A stretch of 12,945 nt of DNA from Candidatus Vampirococcus lugosii (GTDB lineage Bacteria > Patescibacteriota > Gracilibacteria > Absconditabacterales > Absconditicoccaceae): contig NZ_JAEDAM010000035.1 of the NCBI RefSeq assembly GCF_018420025.1, forward strand, positions 1 to 12,945. The letters are read 5' to 3'. Within the stretch, counting starts at the first letter, position 1, and the number at the start of each line of letters is the position of its first letter. Shown in pieces: positions 1-7,729 of the stretch. The notes below the pieces were generated by a model. That model had not been told where the DNA came from and did not search any database. It was given only the letters and a program-made list of their open reading frames with translations. The translations under genes were made by a program, and so were the position numbers.

Positions 1-286
1 ATATAGTTTTCGAATATGTTTACGATTCTTTTCTGTTAGTTTCTAATTTTTATGTTCTTTTTTTTGAGTACATGTTATATGTATATTCATATTTTGTTGT
101 TTTACACAAATAAAAATTTTATCTATTATATCTTTTTGTGTAAATAACACTAGTCTATATTACATTTCAGTATATTAGTAATATTAAGTTGAGCTGATTC
201 ATATAGAAAAATAAATTTTAATCAATTAAAAAAATATAAACTAAAATGGAAAAAAATACCTTGATATACAATTATTCGTAATATAA

Positions 287-1035
287 TCCAGAATACAAAT
301 AAAAAAGAACTTGAAAAAAATTAGAGAATATAGTGATAAATTATCTAAAATGAAAGAAACTAAAGATATTAAAGTTATATCTTTAGATGGTAAAGTTATA
401 AAATGAAGTTTTGATAATTTTAAAGATCAAAAAGCAATTCAAATATTTAGTGCTTTACTGAATTGAGAAATAATATTAGCTCATGAGGAAATAGATGAGA
501 AAACAAATGAAATTCCAATAGCTCAAAAATTTTTTGAAGAATTGTGATTAAAGTGAATAATTATTACTTTAGATGCTCTTCATTGTCAAAAAAAAACTTT
601 TAAAAAAATAATTGATTCCTGAAATGATGCAGTAATTCAATTAAAATGAAATCAAAAAAAATTAATGAAGAAATAGAGAAGAAACAAGAAATATTAAATT
701 TATATAAATATAAAACATTTATACTTTGACTATCTAAAGAATAGGAAAAATGTATAATAAATGTTATTGTTGTATATAGAAAAACAAAAGAAAAAAATAT
801 AAAAACAAAAAAATATGATTTTAAAACAGAAAAATCTTTTTATTTATCAACAAAATAGCTTACTGCAAAGGAATATTTAAAAATAATAAGATGACATTGG
901 GGAATTGAAAATAGAAATCATTATGTAAAAGATACATCTTTTTATGAAGATTCTTCTAGAATAAAAAAAAGTGCTGAAATAATATGATTACAAAATATTC
1001 ACTTTTTCTTTAAATGAACAGCCCTGATTTTATAA
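287..1035 (+). pseudogene. ISAs1-family (H-repeat-associated type) DDE transposase remnant: frameshifted, internal stops, internal deletion, N-terminal domain missing
   Basis: With TGA=Gly, frame 2 (350-673) reads MKETKDIKVISLDGKVIKGSFDNFKDQKAIQIFSALLNGEIILAHEEIDEKTNEIPIAQKFFEELGLKGIIITLDALHCQKKTFKKIIDSGNDAVIQLKGNQKKLMKK, then TAG at 674-676. This follows the ISAs1 core pattern IDGKtlR.S...DEKSNEI.aip.LL..L.lKGkiiT.DAmgCQk...GgDY..avKGNQ. Frame 1 (832-1032) reads KSFYLSTK*LTAKEYLKIIRGHWGIENRNHYVKDTSFYEDSSRIKKSAEIIGLQNI, with TAG at 856-858 and TAA at 1033-1035. This matches the C-terminal R.HW.IEN...ED motif. The interval 677-831 has stops in all frames and is shorter than the corresponding part of intact family members. 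Confidence 0.8.
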
Positions 1036-1138
1036 CACTAGAACTATTATCAAAAATGTTTTATCTAAACTCTCTATATCAAATTTAGTTATATCATGAC
1101 TATAATTTTATATTTGTCTATGCAAAACTCCTAAATAT

Positions 1139-1993
1139 TTAATATTTGTAAAAATGTGGAATAAGTAAAATTTTACTATCTAATAAATTATTTTTCATTT
1201 TAAATACAAAATTATTTACTTTTTCAGAAAATAATAAGTAGTTACTATAATCATAATATATTTCTGAATAAATAAATTTAACAATAATATCGTATTTATC
1301 AAAGTCATGATTATTTTTATTTTTTGAATTTGGATAAATAATTACTCCTATATTATTTATACTTCATATATATTCATTAAAATTTTCATTTTTTTTATAT
1401 TCTCATCAACAATTTTTTGAAAATATTTCAATAAAATTATCAATTTTTCAATCATAATTTATTCAAACATATATAGCTTCACATTGATATCAACTATATT
1501 TTAATCAATTTACTAATATATCAAAATTTTTAATTGAAATTTTTTCTGAATATCAAAATAAATCATCATAATATTGTTCCAAATATAATATTTTGGGTTC
1601 TAATAATAAATCTTTTTGCATCCATCAATAATCAAAACATATTAAATCATGTCAATTATTTGATGCAAAAACAATTAATCTTTTAGGAAAACAATATGTA
1701 AATTTGTTCATAGCTTCTATAATTTCATCTTCATACATATATTCAAAAACTACATCATAAAAAGATTGAACATATTCAATTTTATCAAATCCTGAAAAAA
1801 ACATTAGTTTGGGTTGATTATTTTGATCAAAATAAGTAGTAGGCAAAATATATCATCAATTACAAATTTTCATTAATTCTTTATATAAACTAGGTAATTT
1901 AAATCAAATTTCTTTTTCTTTATATTCTATATCTTCACAAGTGGCAGGAATATTTTTATTATTCCATCTCCAAAAAGAGTTTTTATTAATCAT
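1139..1993 (-). CDS. SMI1/KNR4 (SUKH-1) family immunity-like protein with an uncharacterised ~140-aa C-terminal extension (284 aa)
   Basis: I checked every minus-frame triplet from ATG (1993) to TAA (1139-1141); it is open under table 25 with many in-frame TGA. The track's 64-aa ORF 1652-1846 is an internal piece of it. N-terminal half: MINKNSFWRWNNKNIPATCEDIEYKEKEIGFKLPSLYKELMKICNGGYILP...LIVFASNNGHDLICFDYGWMQKDLLLEPKILYLEQ. This follows the SMI1_KNR4 pattern (ie..E..lg.kLP.dYkefl...NGG ... fa.dggGd.icfDy....ep.V..w.he). I do not recognise the C-terminal half (YSEKISIKNFDILVNGLKYSGYQCEAIYVGINYDGK...HFYKY). Confidence 0.7.
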
Positions 1994-2142
1994 ATTTAAA
2001 ATTATTTAATATTTAAAATTATTATTCAAAATAATTGACAAATAAACATTTATCTAAAAACTTTAAAAAAAACTAAAGTGTTCCATTTTCAAGACTAATT
2101 TATACTTTTTTTAAAGTAGTGACATTTAATATAATGTGGAAT

Positions 2143-2436
2143 CTAATCTTTATCAAAATCTTCTTCCCATTCTATTAGAACTTTTTCTAGAAAAGGTACA
2201 AAATTGCTATCTGCTAATATATTAATCTTTTCCAGTTTTTTAAAAACATCTTGTATTTCATTATGTGGAATAAATAATTCAAGAAAATTATTGGATTTTA
2301 CAAACTTCTGTTCCAAAATAGACCCATATTTAGGTAAACAATTTTCATTATAAAGGTAGCGAATTACAGATGAAAAGTGCCAAGCATCACTGTTATTTCC
2401 AAATTTTTTTATTAAATATTAAAATAATTTTTTCAT
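2143..2436 (-). pseudogene. Small hypothetical ORF interrupted by an in-frame TAA at codon 6 (possible decayed accessory or immunity-type gene)
   Basis: Minus strand reads ATG(2436) MKKLF, then TAA (2419-2421), then 91 open codons to TAG (2143-2145): YLIKKFGNNSDAWHFSSVIRYLYNENCLPKYGSILEQKFVKSNNFLELFIPHNEIQDVFKKLEKINILADSNFVPFLEKVLIEWEEDFDKD. There is no in-frame ATG or GTG after the stop, and the only TTG would give 57 aa. It contains no TGA codons. I recognise no family. Confidence 0.3.
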
Positions 2437-2673
2437 ATTATTGTAGGCATCTTTATAAAAGTATATAAGATTTTTATAAAAAAATGATTTAATTTGACTT
2501 TAAAAAAACTATTTTTTTCTTTTTTTTAATACTTTTTATAAAACCTTTTTATATTTTTTTCTATAATTTTACTGAAGGCCTGTAATAAAATTTTTACTAT
2601 TTTTAAGTAAAAATAAATATTTTTTATATTCTAAAATAGAATACTTGAATTTAAAAAATTTTTTATTTATATT

Positions 2674-2747
2674 CAGGGAGGCTAGGATTTGAACCTAGAG
2701 CACCAGCTTTGGAGAATAGTATGTTAAAACCAGTTAGACACCACCTT
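2674..2747 (-). tRNA. tRNA-Trp(CCA)-like element; imperfect cloverleaf, possibly a pseudo-tRNA or a recombination junction
   Basis: Reverse complement folds as AAGGTGG T GTCT AACTGGTTTTA ACAT A CTATT CTCCAAA GCTGG TGCT CTAGG TTCAAAT CCTAG CCTCCCT G. The T-arm is perfect (CTAGG/CCTAG, loop TTCAAAT). The anticodon loop is CU-CCA-AA. A1-U72 plus G73 is the bacterial tRNA-Trp identity pattern, and A14, G18G19 and A21 are in place. Against this: the acceptor stem pairs only 5/7, the D-stem has one mismatch plus one G-U with only one spacer nucleotide before it, and the anticodon stem has one mismatch plus two G-U. No CCA is encoded. Confidence 0.5.
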
Positions 2748-2953
2748 ACTTTATTTATAATAAATATAAATGTCTTTATATTATAAATATTTTTTTTAAG
2801 ATTTCAAATTTTTTTGGCTCTATTTTTTTGAGACAATACTTTTCTTTTAAACTGAAGGTTTATAAAGATATTAGAAGTCTCTTTATATAGTTATGTTTTA
2901 TGTTATATCAATATGCCATTCTTTTAAAAAGTTTGGCTTTAGTGTTTTTTCAT

Positions 2954-3361
2954 TTAGTAAAGGCATTTGTAATTCATATTTCAAAAAAGTTCTTGATTTA
3001 GTTCATATTCTAATTTTCAATAAATATTATTATCAATTTCAATTTCTACAATTTTGTAATTAAAATATTTTTCACATTTATTTTTATTTATTTTTTTGCT
3101 TATTTTATCTTGCAACACATTAACTGTATAATTTCTTTTAAATTTTTTAACTTCTTCCAATTTTTCTTGTGTTGATTTTACTAATAATCTTCTATTTTCT
3201 TTATCTTCATATTGTTTAGCGGGATTAAAACATAAAACATATTTTTTATCTTGTATTTCAAATTCTGATAATGTATGTTTATCAAATAAAGATTGTTGTA
3301 TTTTTTTATTATTTTCTGCTTTTTTCTTTAATTCTTTATGATTTAATCTAGAATAAAAAAA
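2954..3361 (-). pseudogene. IS4-superfamily (IS1634-like) DDE transposase internal fragment, no start codon
   Basis: Minus-frame triplets are open from just after TAG (3362-3364) to TAA (2954-2956), 135 aa: FFYSRLNHKELKKKAENNKKIQQSLFDKHTLSEFEIQDKKYVLCFNPAKQYEDKENRRLLVKSTQEKLEEVKKFKRNYTVNVLQDKISKKINKNKCEKYFNYKIVEIEIDNNIYGKLEYELNQELFGNMNYKCLY. It follows the conserved mid-region layout of IS1634-type transposases (r.vvc.NP.la..d...R..ll..te.eL.ki......r.......kigkvl.k.kv.KyF...i.d..f.y..n.e.i..e..ldG.yvl.T). The only in-frame ATG is 7 codons before the stop, and the flanks are non-coding. Confidence 0.55.
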
Positions 3362-3441
3362 CTATTTAAGACTTAAATAAACTTGATTTATTTAAGTTTT
3401 TTTTTATTATCATCGTTAATTTATATATAAAAATATAAAAT

Positions 3442-4956
3442 ATGAAAAAAGATAAATTAGCACTAATAATACTTGATTGAGTATGAATAAATGAAAAAAA
3501 ACCTGAACAAAATGCATTAATTCAAGCTAAAACACCGAATTTAGATAAATTGTGGGCATGAGAATACTCAAAAATTGAAGCTAGTTGAAAAAATGTATGA
3601 GTATCTGATGGTCAAATGTGAAATTCTGAAATATGACATATGACTATATGAGCTTGAAGAATTATAAAACAAATACCAACAAAAGTAAAAGATTTGTTGC
3701 AAACTTGAAAATTCAAAGATTTAAATGTTTACAAAGATTGATTAAAACATATACAAAAAAACAATAGCAATATACATATAATTCAATTATTTGGACCTTG
3801 ATGAGTTCATGCAAGTTATGAACATTTGTTATGATTTATAGATTTAATTCCATGAGATATATCTGTTTATTTACATCTTTTGTGAGATTGAAGAGATTTG
3901 GTGCCTAGATCTATGTTTTGATATATGAAAGATTTTTTGGAAATATTAGAAAACTATCCTAATATAAAAATATCTACAATTTGAGGAAGGTATTATGGGA
4001 TGGACAGAGATAATAATTGGGAAAGAATACAAAAATTTTATAAACAAATGATTTGAGATGATAATATAACTAATTTATCTATTTTGGATTATATAAAAAA
4101 ATCTTATGATAACGAAATTTTTGATGAATTTATAGAACCTACAAGTTTTACTTGAACAGAAAAAATTAAAGATTGAGATCTTGTATGTTTTTTAAATTTT
4201 AGATCTGATAGAGCAAAACAATTAACAAAAGTTTTTGTTGAGGAAAATTTCAATGAATTTGAAAGAAAAAATTTAAAAAATATAGAATTTATTTCTATGA
4301 CAAAATATTATTGAGAATATAAATGAAAATATTTTATAGAAGATGAAAATCTTGATAATATATTATGAGAAATACTTGAAAAAAATAATTTATCTCAATT
4401 ACATTTAGCTGAAACAGAAAAATTTGCTCATGTTACAAAATTTTTTAATTGATGAAAGGAAGTGAAATTTAAAAACGAAAAAGATATATTAGTAAAATCA
4501 CCAAAAGTAAAAAGTTATGATTTATGTCCTGAAATGTCAGCAGAATTAATATATGATGAGTTTGTCAAAAATATTAATAATTTTGACTTTTTTGTAATTA
4601 ATTTTGCAAATTGAGATATGGTTTGACATACTTGAGATATGCAAGCAACTATAAAAGCTATTGAAAAACTAGATTTCATATTATGAAATATTATTGATAT
4701 ATCTAATCAAAATTCTATAAAATTAATAATTACAGCAGATCATTGAAATTGTGAAGAAATGTGAACTGAAGAAAATAAAAAAACTTCTCATACAACAAAT
4801 CCAGTTCCTTTATGGTATATATCAAATTGAAAAACTCAAAAAATTAAAGAAAAATGATGACTAAAAGATATTGCTCCTACAATATTAGATATTTTGCAAA
4901 TTGAAATAGTATCTGAAATGGATTGAATATCTTTATTAAGTTGAGATGTTGAATAA
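3442..4956 (+). CDS. gpmI: 2,3-bisphosphoglycerate-independent phosphoglycerate mutase (504 aa)
   Basis: Frame 1 translated codon by codon with TGA=Gly, with no TAA/TAG until 4954-4956. Family motifs are present: [157 protein letters not shown]. I counted about 38 in-frame TGA codons, many at invariant glycines. Confidence 0.95.
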
Positions 4957-5004
4957 TTTAAAAATATTGTCAATATTAAACTCATCTTTGTAAACAAAAA
5001 ATAG

Positions 5005-5226
5005 TTAGTTTTGTGATGGCGAGTATTATTGTATTTTCTATTGAGATGCGGAGTAATAAGAATATTGATGAATATGCGACATAATAAAGAAACATTCATT
5101 TCAAGAAAGAATAGAAAAAAGTCTTTAAAAAAGTTTGTAAATCGATATAATTGTGTCAAACTTCATAAATGAATTGATAATAAAACACCATATGAAATTA
5201 TAGATGAGTTTTATCACTGAAAATAA
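5005..5226 (+). pseudogene. C-terminal remnant of an integrase-core (rve-type, IS3/IS481/IS30-like) transposase
   Basis: Frame 1 is open from after TAG (5002-5004) to TAA (5224-5226). The tail reads ...MRHNKETFISRKNRKKSLKKFVNRYNCVKLHKGIDNKTPYEIIDEFYHGK. This resembles the conserved end of rve transposases (f.s.eel...l..wv.yYN..R.H.slg..TP.e....). No catalytic core lies upstream because gpmI ends at 4956. The first in-frame ATG at 5068 would give only 52 aa. Confidence 0.4.
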
Positions 5227-5259
5227 AAAGTTGTAAACAATACTACCATTTCTTACAAA

Positions 5260-5757
5260 TTACCAATTTATATTTTCAATAGCTCATGACCAATTTGTAT
5301 TTTCTTCATCAATACCAGATAAAGTAAAATTAGATTGATAATGCCATTTATCACCGTCTTCATGAAGAATTTGTCAAGCTATTATATACTTTTTTCAGCT
5401 ATAAGCTATATGATAAATATCATCATCTCAAGGATTTACTGTATTTAATCTTTCTATTTGCAAAATATCTGATAATTTATTATCTCAACTTGAATTTTTT
5501 TCCATAAAAGATAAACTAAATCAAGTATAATATGTTCAACCAGTTCATTCTATTCCTCAAGTAAGATTTCAATTGATAAGATAAACATCAATTCAATCTG
5601 AAATTACTGATAAATCTGCTTTTACTCTAGCTTCTTTACTTTTTCATACAAACTGAGTTAATGCAATTCAAGATATTACTGATAATACTGCGATAATAGC
5701 TATTACCACTATCAACTCTACCATAGTAAATCATTTGTCTTTTAAATTAATTTTCAT
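5260..5757 (-). CDS. Type IV pilin / pseudopilin with prepilin-type N-terminal cleavage-methylation signal (165 aa)
   Basis: Full reverse complement translated under table 25: MKINLKDKG|FTMVELIVVIAIIAVLSVISGIALTQFVGKSKEARVKADLSVISDGIDVYLINGNLTGGIEGTGGTYYTGFSLSFMEKNSSGDNKLSDILQIERLNTVNPGDDDIYHIAYSGKKYIIAGQILHEDGDKWHYQSNFTLSGIDEENTNWSGAIENINW, with TAA at 5260-5262. It has the canonical class III signal: a short basic leader, Gly at -1, Phe+1 and Glu+5, then a hydrophobic helix. The -1 Gly is a TGA codon (plus-strand tca at 5731-5733). I counted 14 TGA codons. Confidence 0.85.
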
Positions 5758-5787
5758 TATTTTTTTTAAAAATTAAATTACATTTAA

Positions 5788-5816
5788 AGTATAAATAAAC
5801 AAATATCAAAAATCAA
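5788..5816 (-). promoter_or_regulatory. Candidate sigma70-type promoter of the downstream pilin gene (TTGATT - 17 nt - TATACT)
   Basis: The minus strand reads TTGATTtttgatatttgtttattTATACT, with -35 at plus 5811-5816 and -10 at plus 5788-5793, about 31 nt upstream of ATG 5757. The -35 is embedded in a 15-nt block, TTGATTTTTGATATT, that also occurs upstream of the other pilin gene. AT-rich background makes chance hexamer matches common. Confidence 0.4.
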
Positions 5817-5844
5817 CTTTATTTTAATAAAAATATTTTTCTAT

Positions 5845-5874
5845 AACAAAAAAACTCTCATTTAATGAGAGTTT
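5845..5874 (-). terminator. Rho-independent terminator after the upstream pilin gene
   Basis: Inverted repeat aaactctcat (5852-5861) / atgagagttt (5865-5874) with a 3-nt loop. On the minus strand the hairpin runs into a 7-T tract (AAACTCTCAT-TAA-ATGAGAGTTTTTTTG). It lies 26 nt downstream of the 5900-5902 stop. No T-run follows it on the plus strand. Confidence 0.65.
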
Positions 5875-5899
5875 CTTAAAAAGATTATTTATATTAATA

Positions 5900-6385
5900 T
5901 TACCAATCTATACCATTAACAACATTAGACCAATCATCTGCTGTCAAGTCTTCTCAAGATAAAGTGAAGTTATCATATTCAAGATACCATTCTCTGTCAC
6001 CATTATCATCTGGATCTAATTTTCAACCTATAACATATTTTTTAAGATCAGAAGATATATGATATGATTCACTACTATCAGGATGTACTGGCACAGTAGG
6101 AAAAATATCTTGTAATCAAGTATTATTATCCAAAAAACCTGTATTAAAAACTGTTCCACCAGTTCAATTTGTACCAGTAAGACCACTAACATTATCAGCT
6201 TGAGCTAAGTATGTATCAATTCATCTAGAAATTGTTCATATATCTGACTTAACTCTAGAATCTCTAGCTTGTCACACAAACTGAGTAAGTGCAAGACCTG
6301 CCACTACTGCTAATACTGCGATAATAGCTATTACTACTATCAATTCTACCATAGTAAATCACTTCTTATTCAAATTAATTCTCAT
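5900..6385 (-). CDS. Type IV pilin / pseudopilin, paralog of 5260-5757 (161 aa)
   Basis: Full reverse complement translated under table 25: MRINLNKKG|FTMVELIVVIAIIAVLAVVAGLALTQFVGQARDSRVKSDIGTISRGIDTYLAQADNVSGLTGTNGTGGTVFNTGFLDNNTGLQDIFPTVPVHPDSSESYHISSDLKKYVIGGKLDPDDNGDREWYLEYDNFTLSGEDLTADDWSNVVNGIDW, with TAA at 5900-5902. It has the same prepilin signal, and the -1 Gly is again TGA (plus-strand tca at 6359-6361). Confidence 0.85.
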
Positions 6386-6422
6386 TTTTCTTTTTTTTAT
6401 GATAAATAAAAAATGTATATAC

Positions 6423-6450
6423 ATTATACATATATAATATCAAAAATCAA
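6423..6450 (-). promoter_or_regulatory. Candidate sigma70-type promoter of the upstream pilin gene (TTGATT - 16 nt - TATAAT)
   Basis: The minus strand reads TTGATTtttgatattatatatgTATAAT, with -35 at plus 6445-6450 and -10 at plus 6423-6428, about 38 nt upstream of ATG 6385. It contains the same 15-nt TTGATTTTTGATATT block found upstream of the other pilin. Confidence 0.4.
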
Positions 6451-6749
6451 TAGTTTTTAATATTTTTTTGTAATAGACTATTTCAAAATATAGTAAAGAA
6501 AATAAAAAGACTTGATATTTTTTAAATTTTTGTTATATAAAAAATATGTTTGAAGTAAGTATAATTTAAAGTTTATTAATAATTAAATAACATTTCAATT
6601 CTAATTATTAATGTTGATAAATTTTTTGTTTATATAAATATTAAAGTATAATTAATATTAAAATAATTATAATATGGTTATTAAAAAATAAAATAAATAA
6701 TTTTTTAAATTATATATTTAAAGTATTATATATATAAATTATAGACAAA

Positions 6750-7712
6750 ATGCAAATTGTTGAAATTAAAGAAAATGAAAAATGACAAAGATTTGATAGA
6801 TTTTTGAGAAAATATTTAAAATATACTGATATAGCTCTCAAAAGTATATTTAAAGCTATAAGAAAGTGAGATATAAAAGTTAATTGAAGTAAATCTAAAG
6901 AAAGTTATATACTTAATATGTGAGACGAAATAGTTTTTAACTCATTTTTTTCAAGTCAAATAAAAGAAAGTCAAAAAGATAAAAATCATAAAATCAAAAA
7001 TATTAAAAAATCAAATATAGAAAAATTAATTTTATTTGAAGATGAATATTGGTTGGCAATAGATAAACCAAGTTGAATAGTAATTCATCCTTGAGACAAA
7101 AATTATAATACTATTACTTTAGTTGATTTATTACAAAATTATTTAAAATCAGATATTTGAACTTTTAAACCAATGTTTTGATATAGATTAGATAAAGATA
7201 CGAGTTGAATCATAATAGCAGGCAAAAAATATGAATCATTAAAATTATTAAATTTATTGATAAAAAATAGAAATACTAAAAAAAAATATATTGCTGTTGT
7301 GTTGTGAAAAATTAATAAAGAAGAAATTATTGATAATAATTTGGAAAAAGTATATAGCAAAAAACTCGGTAAAAATATAGTTATCTGTTCGTCAAATTGA
7401 CAAAGTGCAAAAACAATTGTAAAACCTATTAAACACAAATTTATAGAATGAATTTGATATATAACATTATTGGATATAGAAATAAAAACTGGTAGAATGC
7501 ATCAAATAAGAGTTCATCTCAAAAAAATAAAACATCCAGTTATTTGAGATTTAATTTATGGAAATAGTGAAAAAAATAAATTATTTTTAAATAAATTTTG
7601 AATAAATAGACAATTACTTCATAGTAGTGAATATTATTTTTATGATAGTATACAAAAAAAAAATATTAATATACACTCCCCTATTCCTCAAATAATAAAA
7701 AATATTTTTTAA
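6750..7712 (+). CDS. RluA-family (RluC/RluD-like) ribosomal large-subunit pseudouridine synthase with N-terminal S4-like domain (320 aa)
   Basis: Frame 3 translated line by line with TGA=Gly and open to TAA at 7710-7712. Motifs: GQRFDRFLRKYL...IFKAIRKGDIKVNG (S4-like), WLAIDKPSGIVIHPG, FGYRLDKDTSGIIIAGK (catalytic Asp motif HRLDkdTSG), IEIKTGRMHQIRVHL, VIGDLIYG, RQLLHSSEYYF. Confidence 0.9.
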
Positions 7713-7729
7713 TATAATATAATATTAAT

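Noticed and set aside
1-286. Possible N-terminal part of the ISAs1 transposase (for example FSNMFTILF in frame 1 vaguely resembling the tFsRvFs.L segment), or the end of a minus-strand gene
   Set aside because: Every frame on both strands is broken by TAA/TAG within a few dozen codons. The resemblance is 4 of 8 residues and the spacing to the DGK motif is wrong, so it cannot be supported from sequence alone.
654-661. A8 run at the point where the ISAs1 reading frame is lost, considered as a programmed -1/+1 frameshift site
   Set aside because: ISAs1 transposases are not known to use programmed frameshifting. The following 150 nt have stops in all frames and are shorter than the homologous region, and there is a further in-frame TAG at 856-858. 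This is decay, not recoding.
2571-2859. Direct repeat ACTGAAGG at 2571-2578 and 2852-2859 flanking the tRNA-like element, considered as att or target-site duplication
   Set aside because: Only 8 nt match exactly, with little extension. Matches of that length are expected many times by chance in 13 kb of low-complexity DNA, and the repeat does not overlap the tRNA sequence as an att core normally would.
4836-5159. Track ORF on the minus strand (107 aa, MTQLYRFTNFFKDFFLFFLEMNV...)
   Set aside because: It overlaps the 3' end of gpmI antisense and the rve-type remnant. The composition is F/L/I/N-rich, as expected from reading AT-rich DNA out of frame, and there is no recognisable motif.
6386-6749. 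Long (364 nt) divergent intergenic region between the pilin and pseudouridine synthase genes, examined for a small ORF, sRNA or repeat array
   Set aside because: The longest ATG ORFs are only about 5-7 codons (for example MFEVSII at 6546). I could find no stable stem-loops or periodic repeats. Apart from the pilin promoter-like motif at its left end, I cannot support a feature.
7139-7438. Track ORF on the minus strand (99 aa)
   Set aside because: It lies entirely antisense to the well-supported RluA-family CDS. It is hydrophobic low-complexity sequence with no family resemblance.
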